Assembly: GCA_963702425.1 (NCBI GenBank)
Contig: CAVPCQ010000042.1
Coordinates: 1-44,207, forward strand
Length of the DNA stretch: 44,207 bases
Origin: an uncultured Acidobacteriota bacterium
Lineage (GTDB): Bacteria; Acidobacteriota; Polarisedimenticolia; J045
Direction: 5' to 3'
Shown: positions 18,560-26,779 of the stretch, piece after piece
Layout: every line of letters starts with the position of its first letter
Position numbering within the stretch: the stretch's first letter is position 1
The notes under the pieces: model-generated
What the model was told of the DNA's origin: nothing
What the model saw: only the letters and a program-made list of their open reading frames with translations
The model's database searches: none
Translations under genes and position numbers: made by a program

Positions 18560-18958
18560 TCAGGACCCTTCCCCTCGCGAACGCGGCGCGCACTCGCAGC
18601 CACCGGTGACGAGCAGTCGCCGGTGTCGGGCCGCCAGGCGATAGGCTGCGGAGCCGAGGCGGTCGAGCGGGAAGAAGCCGAGCAGCGGCGCCAGACGGCG
18701 CCAGCGCGGCAGCCGGGCCAGCACGGCGCGCACCGCCGCGAAGCCCGTCGTGACCGCGCCGCCGGGCTCGCGCACGACCAGCGCCGCCTCGTGTGCCGCC
18801 GGGGAAAGCGGCAGCGGCCCCGGCGCCGGGTCGCGGAAGTCGACGAAGCACAGGGCCCCCGTGCGGTCGCGGCGGGCCAGCCCGGCGCGCACCGCGCGGC
18901 AGAGCGGACAGGCTCCGTCGTACCAGATCACGACCGGCGGCAGGGTGGGCACGCGCAT
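18560..18958 (-). CDS. DCC1-like thiol-disulfide oxidoreductase (DUF393)
   Basis: YDGACPLC (DxxCxxC) and C-terminal AYRLAARHR. Confidence 0.85.
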   Translation of the reverse strand: MRVPTLPPVVIWYDGACPLCRAVRAGLARRDRTGALCFVDFRDPAPGPLPLSPAAHEAALVVREPGGAVTTGFAAVRAVLARLPRWRRLAPLLGFFPLDRLGSAAYRLAARHRRLLVTGGCECAPRSRGEGS

Positions 18959-19033
18959 CGGCGAAGTCTAGCCGGGGCCGGGCTTCGCGGCCTCCCGCCT
19001 CGTCACCCTACAATCGCCAGCGGGAGCCGACCG

Positions 19034-19502
19034 ATGGCGCGACGCTACTGGCTGATGAAGACCGAGCCCGGCACCTTCTCGATCGACGACCTCGCGGCGC
19101 GTCCCGGTCGCCGGGCGTTCTGGGATGGTGTCCGCAACTACCAGGCACGCAACCTCCTGCGCGACGAGGTCCGCGTCGGTGATGGCGTGCTCGTCTACCA
19201 CTCCGGCATCCCCGCGCCGGCGGTGGCCGGGACGGCCACCGTCGTCGGGGCCGCCGCGCCCGACCCGAGCCAGTTCGACCCGCGCTCGCCGCATCACGAC
19301 CCCGGCGCCGCTCCCGCTGCGCCGCGCTGGTACGGGGTGGAGATCGAGTTCGAGCAAGGTCTTCCGCCGTCCCGTGACGCTCGACACGCTGCGCGCGACC
19401 CCTGGCCTCGAGGGGATGCTCGTCCTGCGCCGCGGCAACCGCCTCTCGGTGACACCGGTCCGTCCCGAGGAGTGGTCGATCATCGTCACCTGCGGCGCGT
19501 GA
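19034..19502 (+). CDS. EVE domain protein, frameshifted near 19355
   Basis: MARRYWLMKTEP...WDGVRNYQARN...YHS...PRW in one frame; the C-terminus KVFRRPVTL...NRLSVTPVRPEEW is in the next frame. Confidence 0.85.
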
Positions 19503-19571
19503 GCCGGTTGGCCGGCCCCTGCGGCACATGGTAGCTTCCGCCTGTTTCCGGGCTCTTTCGCGAGGTGTCCT

Positions 19572-20288
19572 TTGCCGTTCGCCATTCCCTGCGCCGTGAC
19601 CACCCCTGCCAACCCGAGCGTCATCGACCTCGTGCTGCAGGCCGGCCCCGTGGGGAAGGCCACCCTGCTCGTCCTGCTGGTCGCGTCGATCGTCAGCTGG
19701 GGCATCATCCTCGAGCGGGCCCGCACCTTCCGCCGCTCCCGCCGCGAGACCCAGGCCTTCCTCGGGAAGTTCCACTCCGGGGCACGCCTCTCGGACCTGC
19801 GCGACCAGGCCCAGAAGTGGACCCGCTCCCCGGTGGTCGCCCTGTTCAAGGCCGCCTTCCATGAGGTCAGCCAGCTCTCGATGGATGCCTCGGGCACCGG
19901 CCGCGCACTCGACGACGACGCGGTCGAGGACGTCACGCGGATGATCTCGCGCGCTGCGGCGGCCAATCTGCGCGACATCGAGCGGTCGCTGACATTCCTC
20001 GCCACCACCGCCTCGACCGCCCCGTTCATCGGCCTGTTTGGCACCGTCTGGGGGATCATGGACGCCTTCCACGCGATCGGGCTGTCCGGAGCGACGAACA
20101 TCCAGAGCTATGCCCCGGGGATCGCGGAGGCGCTGATCGCCACCGCCGCGGGGCTCGCGGCGGCGGTCCCCGCAGCGGTCGGCTACAACTACTTCCTGCG
20201 CCAGGTCCGGATCACGAGCATCGAGATGGAGGAGTTCGAGTACGACTTCATCCACCTGCTCCAGAAGCGGCGCCGGAGGCCGGCCTGA
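19572..20288 (+). CDS. tolQ: TolQ (MotA/TolQ/ExbB family)
   Basis: APFIGLFGTVWGIM and APGIAEALIATAAGL; first gene of the tol-pal cluster. Confidence 0.92.
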   Translation: MPFAIPCAVTTPANPSVIDLVLQAGPVGKATLLVLLVASIVSWGIILERARTFRRSRRETQAFLGKFHSGARLSDLRDQAQKWTRSPVVALFKAAFHEVSQLSMDASGTGRALDDDAVEDVTRMISRAAAANLRDIERSLTFLATTASTAPFIGLFGTVWGIMDAFHAIGLSGATNIQSYAPGIAEALIATAAGLAAAVPAAVGYNYFLRQVRITSIEMEEFEYDFIHLLQKRRRRPA

Positions 20289-20290
20289 CG

Positions 20291-20728
20291 ATGGCGATCC
20301 GTTCATCGCGCCAGGAGCGCGTCGCGCTGGCGGAGATCAACGTCACGCCGATGGTCGACGTCATGCTCGTCCTGTTGATCATCTTCATGGTCAGCGCCCC
20401 GATGCTGACCCGCGGGATCGAGGTCGGGCTGCCCAAGGCCGTCAGTGGGGAGGAGATCGACGAGAAGCGCCTGACCGTGACCGTCGACCGCAAGGGGCAG
20501 TTCTACGTCGAGAATCAGCCGGTGGTCGACGCGATGCTGGTCGACGAGGTCCGGCGCCGGGGCGGCGACCGTCCGGGAATGGCGGTCTACCTGCAGGGCG
20601 ACGCCGGCGTGAACTACGGCCGCGTCCTGTCCGCGATGGACGCGCTGCGCGTCGCGGGGATCGACCGGATGGCGATGGTCACCCAGCCGGCCCCCCCCGA
20701 GCCGCCGTCGGCGCGACGCGGGCGGTGA
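20291..20728 (+). CDS. tolR: TolR (ExbD family)
   Basis: EINVTPMVDVMLVLLIIFM. Confidence 0.9.
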   Translation: MAIRSSRQERVALAEINVTPMVDVMLVLLIIFMVSAPMLTRGIEVGLPKAVSGEEIDEKRLTVTVDRKGQFYVENQPVVDAMLVDEVRRRGGDRPGMAVYLQGDAGVNYGRVLSAMDALRVAGIDRMAMVTQPAPPEPPSARRGR

Positions 20729-20732
20729 GCGC

Positions 20733-21518
20733 GTGGCGGCCCGCCCGGTCCGCGTCCGCATCGTCGTACCCCATCCGGAGGAGGTCGGCGGCGGGCTGGC
20801 GTCCCTGGCGCTGCACCTGGTGGTCCTGGTCGCAATCGTCGTCTTCGCGACCGACGGGGGCGCGCGGACCGGGCGACTGGGCCCGAGCATGACCGTGCGC
20901 CTCGCGGCCGGGCCGAAGCCCACCCCCGGGGGCGGCACGCGCGGCGTCGAGAAGCCGGCCGAGAAACTCGTTCCCACGCGGCCGCCGGTGCCGATCGACG
21001 AGAAGCTGACCCCGACCAACCGCGAGCGCGCCGACGCGCCGAAGCACGTCACCCCGCCGCCGAAGGGCCTCACCGCGCAGCCCGAGAAGCTCCGCCCGGT
21101 CGAGCCGCAAGCCCCGCCGAAGGACCAGCCGGGTACTCCGGGCACGCCCGGCACGCCCGGCGCAAACGGGCCCGAGGGGCCGATCGCCGGCGGGGTCGCG
21201 GGCCTCGGCTCGGACGAGCCGTTCACCTACGACTACTACACCAACCTCGTCGTCACGCGGCTGCAGGACGCGTGGCAGGACCGGCCGCTCCTTCCCGCCG
21301 GCAGCGACACCCTGCGGGTGGTCATCGCGTTCGTCATCAACGACGACGGCCGCGTCACGGACGTCGAGGTCGAGACCACCAGCGGCTACGCGCCGCTCGA
21401 CCAGTCAGCCTACCGGGCGGTGCTGGCGCTCGGCCAACTGCCGCCTCTGCCGCGAGCCTACGAGAAGGACCGGCTGACGGCGCGCTTCGTCTTCGAACTG
21501 CTGCCTCCGGACATGTGA
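20733..21518 (+). CDS. tolA: TolA/TonB-like energy transducer
   Basis: TM segment with SxxxH (SLALH), Pro-rich linker and TonB_C-like domain (SGYAPLDQSAYRAV); lies between tolR and tolB. Confidence 0.75.
   Translation: MAARPVRVRIVVPHPEEVGGGLASLALHLVVLVAIVVFATDGGARTGRLGPSMTVRLAAGPKPTPGGGTRGVEKPAEKLVPTRPPVPIDEKLTPTNRERADAPKHVTPPPKGLTAQPEKLRPVEPQAPPKDQPGTPGTPGTPGANGPEGPIAGGVAGLGSDEPFTYDYYTNLVVTRLQDAWQDRPLLPAGSDTLRVVIAFVINDDGRVTDVEVETTSGYAPLDQSAYRAVLALGQLPPLPRAYEKDRLTARFVFELLPPDM
21129..21161 (+). repeat. 9-bp coding tandem repeat (PG-TPG-TPG-TPG) in the TolA-like linker
   Basis: ccgggt actccgggc acgcccggc acgcccggc. Confidence 0.7.
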
Positions 21519-21531
21519 ACGAGGTTTCCCG

Positions 21532-22845
21532 ATGAGACGTACGCTGCCGCTCCTCCCTGTGCTCGCGTTGATCCTGCTCTCCGGACCCGTCGCCGGGGCC
21601 CAGGAGCCGACCCTGAAACCGGGCGACCTCGAAGGGGTGATCCGCGATCGGGCCGCGTCGCGGATCGCGCTGGCGCTCCCGCCGACGATCGTCGGCCCGG
21701 GCGCGCAGCCGTCCGAGGCCGGCGAGATGGGCAAGGTCCTGCGCGACGATCTCGACTTCTCGGGCTGGTTCGCGATGCTCGATCCGGGCGGCGAGGGGCG
21801 GATCCCGCCCGACCGGCTCCAGGATCCCGGCGCCTGGCGTGAGGCGGGGGCGGCGGAGCTCGTGATCGCGAAACTGTCGATGGAGCGGGACCGGGGGCTC
21901 TTCAACGTCAAGGTGCTCGAGACCGGCAAGGGGACGGTGCTGCTCGACAAGACCTGGGGCGGAAAGCTGCCCGCCGACCTGCGCCGGCTCGCCCACGTCG
22001 CGGCCGACGAGATCGTGCTGACGTTGACCGGGCGGCCCGGGATCGCGCAGACCCGAATCGCTTTCGTCTCAGGGCAGAACCGGGTGAAGGAGGTCTACCT
22101 GATGGACTACGACGGCGCCCGCGTGCGCCGCCTGACCTCGACCGGGACGATCAACCTCTCCCCCGCCTGGTCCCCGGACGCGCGCCAGCTGACCTTCCTG
22201 TCCTTCAAGGGGCGCAAGCCGTCGATCTACCTGCTCGACGAAAACGGCAAGATCATCACGCTCGCGCCGAAGGGGGGCGAGCTCAACGCCGCGCCGGACT
22301 ACTCGCCGGACGGCCGGACGATCGCCTTCTCCTCCGATCGCGATCGCAACAGCGAGATCTACACCTTCGAGGTCACGACGGGGCGGGAGGTCCGGCTGAC
22401 CAATCACCCGGCGATCGACACCGCCCCCTCCTGGTCGCCGACCGGAACCGAGATCGCGTTCACCTCCGACCGCGCCGGCTCGCCCCAGATCTACCTGATG
22501 GCGGCCACCGGCTCGAACGTCCGCCGCCTCTCGAACGAGGGGCGCTACAACGAGTCCGCCGCCTGGTCTCCCGAGGGCGGGCGGATCGTCTATGTCAGCC
22601 GGATCGACGGCAACTTCCAACTCGTGCTGCATGAGCTGGCCACCGGGAAGGAGAAGATCCTGACCAGCGGCCGCGGCAACAAGGAGAACCCGCGCTGGGC
22701 CCCGGACGGACGGCACATCGTGTTCAGCAGCAATCGCGACGGCGCCTACGCGATCTGGGTCATGCGCGATGACGGCACCGAGCTGAAGAAGCTGACGACC
22801 GGTGATCCCGCGTTCACGCCCGACTGGAGCCCGATCCGGCGCTGA
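21532..22845 (+). CDS. tolB: TolB beta-propeller protein
   Basis: Signal peptide, TRIAFVS, MDYDG and repeated PxWSPDG (PD40) units. Confidence 0.93.
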   Translation: MRRTLPLLPVLALILLSGPVAGAQEPTLKPGDLEGVIRDRAASRIALALPPTIVGPGAQPSEAGEMGKVLRDDLDFSGWFAMLDPGGEGRIPPDRLQDPGAWREAGAAELVIAKLSMERDRGLFNVKVLETGKGTVLLDKTWGGKLPADLRRLAHVAADEIVLTLTGRPGIAQTRIAFVSGQNRVKEVYLMDYDGARVRRLTSTGTINLSPAWSPDARQLTFLSFKGRKPSIYLLDENGKIITLAPKGGELNAAPDYSPDGRTIAFSSDRDRNSEIYTFEVTTGREVRLTNHPAIDTAPSWSPTGTEIAFTSDRAGSPQIYLMAATGSNVRRLSNEGRYNESAAWSPEGGRIVYVSRIDGNFQLVLHELATGKEKILTSGRGNKENPRWAPDGRHIVFSSNRDGAYAIWVMRDDGTELKKLTTGDPAFTPDWSPIRR

Positions 22846-22889
22846 GCACCTTATACTCGCGGGGCCCGATTCCCGCTCGAGGACATGCC

Positions 22890-23483
22890 ATGCGACGCAC
22901 CCTGCTGTTCCTGACGATCATCGGCCTGGCCGCGGTGTTTGCGGCGGGATGTCCCAAGAAGCAGACCACGCCGATCGAGGAGAGCGTCTCCGTCGCGGAC
23001 GGTGCGGGGACCGGGAAGGCGGCGGGCGCCGCCGGCGGCGCCAAGCCGGTCGAGGAGATGCCGTCGCAACAGGAGCCGTTCGCCGAGGAACCGCTGTCGG
23101 AAGGGGCCGGGGCGGGCGCGGAGGGGGCTGCCGGCGGCAAGACGGGAATGCTCCCGCTGGCGACGGTCTACTTCGACTACGACAGCGACGAACTCTCCCC
23201 CGGCGCGATCACCGCGCTCGACAGCAACGCCACCTGGCTGCGCGCCCACCCGGGCGTGCGGGCGCTGATCGAGGGAAACACCGACGAGCGCGGCACGCTC
23301 GAGTACAATCTCTCGCTCGGCGCGCGGCGCGCGGACGCGGTGCGGAGCTATCTCATCCGGCTCGGCATCCCGGCGGCGCAGCTGGAGACGATCAGCTACG
23401 GCGAGGACCAGCCCGCCGACGCCGGGCACGACGAGGCCGCGTGGGCCAAGAACCGGCGCTGCGACTTCGCGGAGGTGCAGTGA
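22890..23483 (+). CDS. pal: Peptidoglycan-associated lipoprotein Pal
   Basis: Lipobox AAGC; VYFDYD, DERGTLEYNLSLGARRA, ISYGE and KNRR. Confidence 0.93.
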   Translation: MRRTLLFLTIIGLAAVFAAGCPKKQTTPIEESVSVADGAGTGKAAGAAGGAKPVEEMPSQQEPFAEEPLSEGAGAGAEGAAGGKTGMLPLATVYFDYDSDELSPGAITALDSNATWLRAHPGVRALIEGNTDERGTLEYNLSLGARRADAVRSYLIRLGIPAAQLETISYGEDQPADAGHDEAAWAKNRRCDFAEVQ

Positions 23484-24355
23484 CCGGCCGCAGGTCGGCG
23501 CCCGCTGCGCTGGCCCTGGCCGTTCTCCTGGCGACCGGCTGCGCCGGCTTCCCGGGCGCCGAGCCCGCTTCGACGGCTCCGCCGCCGCCGGACGTGCAGG
23601 ACCAGCTATTCAAGCTGCAGAAGGACTCGGCGCGCGTGCTCGAGCAACTCGAAGCGCTCCAGAAGAAGACCGCCGACCCGACCACCGCCTGTGCCGAGGC
23701 GGCGTCGCGGACCGAAACGCTCGAGCGCGAGATGCGCGTCGTCGAGGAGCAACTGCTGGCCACGCAGCGGCGGCTCGACGAGGTCCTGGCCGAGCTTCGG
23801 TCGCAGCGTCCCGGCGCTCCGCCTGTTCTCAACCCGGCCCGCCCCGCGGACGGCGAGGGTCGGCCGGCGGCGGGCGCCGCCGGGGCTACGGGCGGAACCG
23901 CGGCCTCGCCGCCGCCCAACTCCTCCTCGTCGCCCGCGGCGGCCCGACCGGGTCCGGCGACCGGCTCGGGCTCTCCGACCGATCTCTTCAACGCCGCCTA
24001 CTCCGACTACTCGCGCCGTCACTACGAGCTGGCCCTGAGCGGCTTCCAGGCCGCGTTCCAGGCCGACCCCAAGGGGCCGATGGCCGACGACGCGCTCTAC
24101 TGGACCGGCGAGACGCTCTACGCGATGGGCCGCTACGCCGACGCCGTGGGCGCGTACGACACCCTGATCGAGTCCTTCCCGCGGGGCGAGAAGACCCCGG
24201 CCGCGCTGCTCAAGAAGGGGTTGGCCCAGTTCGAGGCCAAGGACAACGCGGCTGCCGTCGCCACGCTGCAGGTCCTGATCCGCGACTACCCGAACTCCGA
24301 CGAGGCGCGGATCGCGCGCGAACACCTGCGCCGGCGGGGAGCCCTCCCCGCCTGA
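23480..24355 (+). CDS. cpoB: CpoB/YbgF (coiled coil plus TPR), lipoprotein-type N-terminus
   Basis: GTG overlaps the pal stop; LLATGC lipobox, coiled coil, ALYWTGE, ALLKKG and YPNSDEA. Confidence 0.88.
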   Translation: MTGRRSAPAALALAVLLATGCAGFPGAEPASTAPPPPDVQDQLFKLQKDSARVLEQLEALQKKTADPTTACAEAASRTETLEREMRVVEEQLLATQRRLDEVLAELRSQRPGAPPVLNPARPADGEGRPAAGAAGATGGTAASPPPNSSSSPAAARPGPATGSGSPTDLFNAAYSDYSRRHYELALSGFQAAFQADPKGPMADDALYWTGETLYAMGRYADAVGAYDTLIESFPRGEKTPAALLKKGLAQFEAKDNAAAVATLQVLIRDYPNSDEARIAREHLRRRGALPA

Positions 24356-24383
24356 CCCGCGGCGGCCCGGCGCCCCCGGCGCC

Positions 24384-24412
24384 TTGACATCCCGGCCCAG
24401 CCACCGCAGAAT
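24384..24412 (+). promoter_or_regulatory. sigma70-type promoter of rpsT
   Basis: TTGACA-17 nt-CAGAAT. Confidence 0.6.
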
Positions 24413-24495
24413 CCCCCGGTTTTTGCCGGACTGTCGGCCAGGGGGGGTGTGCCCCGGGGCCGAGCCGCTCGGGCACGACACGGAAGGGCAACTCG

Positions 24496-24765
24496 ATGGC
24501 GAATCACAAGTCCGCCGCCAAGAAGGCGCGGGCCGACGAAAAGAGAAACGAACGCAACCGCTCCTGGCGGACCCGCATGCGGTCCGAGATCAAGACCTTC
24601 CGGACCCTGCTCGACGACGGGAAGCAGGCCGAGGCGGCCGCGTTGCTGCCGCAGACGCTGGGCCTGATCGACAAGACCGCGAAGGCCGGGATCATCAAGA
24701 CCAACACGGCGTCGCGTTACAAGTCGCGCCTGACGAAGGCGGTGAACCGGCTCGCCACCGCCTGA
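24496..24765 (+). CDS. rpsT: 30S ribosomal protein S20
   Basis: MANHKSAAKKAR...GIIKTNTASRYKSRL. Confidence 0.96.
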   Translation: MANHKSAAKKARADEKRNERNRSWRTRMRSEIKTFRTLLDDGKQAEAAALLPQTLGLIDKTAKAGIIKTNTASRYKSRLTKAVNRLATA

Positions 24766-24789
24766 CGGGCGGCGCGGGGAGTCGTCGAG

Positions 24790-24814
24790 AGGCGGGGGCA
24801 ACCCCGCCTTTTTT
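24790..24814 (+). terminator. Rho-independent terminator of rpsT
   Basis: AGGCGGGG-GCAA-CCCCGCCT followed by TTTTT. Confidence 0.85.
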
Positions 24815-24897
24815 CGTTCTAGCCGCCCACAGGGGCCGGAGTCCGTGCCGGCCTGCGCCACCGATCGCCGCGTTCGGGCAGCCACGGAGGGCTGCCC

Positions 24898-26337
24898 CTA
24901 CCCCTTGATCACCGCCAGCGGCCGCAGCCGGGCGACCTTCCGCGCGAGGCCGGCGCCGTCCACGGCGCCGACGACCTCGGCCACGTCCTTGTACGCCTCG
25001 GGGATCTCCTCGAGCACCGTCCCCATCCCGGCGGCGCGGATCTCGATCCCCTGCGCCGCCAGTTCCTGCACCACCGGCCGCCCTGCGGCGAGCTTCTTCG
25101 CCGCCGAGCGGGACATCCTCCGCCCGGCCCCATGGCAGGCCGAGCCGAAGGCCTCGGCCGAGCCCCCACAGCCGAGCATGACGAACGAGTAGCGCCCCAT
25201 GTCGCCGGGGATCAGCACCGGCTGGCCGAGGTCGCGGTAGGCCGCGGGGAGCGCCGGGTGGCCGGGACCGAAGGCGCGCGTCGCTCCCTTGCGGTGGACG
25301 CAGAGCTCGCGCGAGCCTCTCGGCGTCTCATGCCGCTCGAGCTTTGCGATGTTGTGGCAGACGTCGTAGACCGTGCGCAGCCGGTGCTCGCGCGGCGCGA
25401 GGCCGAGGCCGTGCTCGAGCGTCTCGCGCACCCAGTGCGCCATCAGGTGGCGGTTGGCGAAGGCGAAGTTGGCCGCCGCCCCCATCGCGCCGAGGTAGCG
25501 CCGGCCTTCCTCGGAGGCCAGCGGCGCGCAGCAGAGCTGGCGGTCGGGCAGCTCGATCCCGTACTTCGCGGCCGCCTTGAGCATGACCTTGATGGAATCG
25601 TCGCAGACCTGGTAGCCGAGCCCGCGCGAGCCGGAGTGGATCAGGATCGTGACCGTTCCCACCGCCAGGCCCAGCCGCGCCGCGGCCGCGTCGTCGTACA
25701 CGGCGTCCACCCACTGGACCTCGACGAAGTGGTTCCCCGAGCCGAGCGTGCCGAGCTGCGACCGACCGCGCTCTCTGGCCCGCTCGGAGACCGCGCGCGG
25801 CTCCGCCCACGGGATCGCGCCGCGCTCCTCCAGCAGCTCCAGCTCCCCGCGCTCGCCGAAGCCGCGACCGACCGCCCAGGCCGCGCCGTCCGCCAGCACG
25901 CCGTCGAGCTCCCGCCCGGTCAGGCGGAGGTCCCGGCGCTGGCTGCCGACGCCGGAGGGGATGTTCGCGAAGAGCGCGTCCGCCAGCTGCGGCAGCCGCG
26001 GCACGATCTCTTCCCTCGTCAGCGCGGAGGAGAGCAGGCGCACGCCGCAGTTGATGTCGTAGCCGACACCGCCCGGCGACACGACCCCCTCGTCCGGGTC
26101 GAAGGCCGCGACGCCGCCGATCGGGAAGCCGTAGCCCCAGTGGATGTCGGGCATCGCGATCGAGTGCCCGACGATCCCGGGCAGGCAGGCGACATTGGCC
26201 ACCTGCTCGACCGCCTTGTCCTCGACGATCGCGGGGATCAGCGCCTCTTCCGCGTAGATCAGCCCCGGCACGCGCATCTTGCCGCGCTTCGGGACCCGCC
26301 AGCGGTAGTCGTCGATCCGCTCGATGCCGGGATGCAT
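24898..26337 (-). CDS. rtcB: RNA ligase RtcB
   Basis: MPDIHWGYGFPIGG, GYDINCGVR, GSGNHF, HSGSRG, HRKGA, HGAGR and EAYKD. Confidence 0.96.
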   Translation of the reverse strand: MHPGIERIDDYRWRVPKRGKMRVPGLIYAEEALIPAIVEDKAVEQVANVACLPGIVGHSIAMPDIHWGYGFPIGGVAAFDPDEGVVSPGGVGYDINCGVRLLSSALTREEIVPRLPQLADALFANIPSGVGSQRRDLRLTGRELDGVLADGAAWAVGRGFGERGELELLEERGAIPWAEPRAVSERARERGRSQLGTLGSGNHFVEVQWVDAVYDDAAAARLGLAVGTVTILIHSGSRGLGYQVCDDSIKVMLKAAAKYGIELPDRQLCCAPLASEEGRRYLGAMGAAANFAFANRHLMAHWVRETLEHGLGLAPREHRLRTVYDVCHNIAKLERHETPRGSRELCVHRKGATRAFGPGHPALPAAYRDLGQPVLIPGDMGRYSFVMLGCGGSAEAFGSACHGAGRRMSRSAAKKLAAGRPVVQELAAQGIEIRAAGMGTVLEEIPEAYKDVAEVVGAVDGAGLARKVARLRPLAVIKG

Positions 26338-26347
26338 CGCCGCCCCC

Positions 26348-26779
26348 TCAGATGTCGACCACGACGTGCGCGCGGAGTCCGCCGGGGACCTCCGTCAGCG
26401 CCAGCTCATGGTAGGTCACCGCCTTGACCTCGGTCCTGAAGCCGTGGCGCGCGGGGTCGAGCGGCTCGCCCCAGGCCCGCCCGAGGACGTGGGTCGCGTC
26501 CAGCGCATCGACCGCGAACGCGCTGAAGACGACACCGTTCGCCATCGCCCCGCCGAGCAGCTCCGAGAGCCACGCCACGAGCAACGTCTCGCGGTCCGCT
26601 GCCTCGGCGACGATCGTCGCCTCGACCGGACCGCCGGCGACGCGATCGATCTCGACCACCAGGTCGAACAGCACCGACGCCGCGGCCTCGAACAGCCCGG
26701 GCAGGTCGGGCGCCTCGACCTCGAAGGCGGCGTCGGCCGTGTGCGGCAGGAGCCGGTATGGCACGCGCCCCCTGGTCAT
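26348..26779 (-). CDS. Archease (RtcB cofactor)
   Basis: Start MTRGRVPY at 26779 (ATGA overlap with the rnr stop); HTAD, EVKAVTYH and C-terminal VVDI. Confidence 0.93.
   Translation of the reverse strand: MTRGRVPYRLLPHTADAAFEVEAPDLPGLFEAAASVLFDLVVEIDRVAGGPVEATIVAEAADRETLLVAWLSELLGGAMANGVVFSAFAVDALDATHVLGRAWGEPLDPARHGFRTEVKAVTYHELALTEVPGGLRAHVVVDI

Noticed and set aside
17042-19502. SRAP plus EVE as a modified-DNA defence system
   Set aside because: They are separated by unrelated opposite-strand genes, there is no nuclease or modification enzyme nearby, and both are common stand-alone genes.
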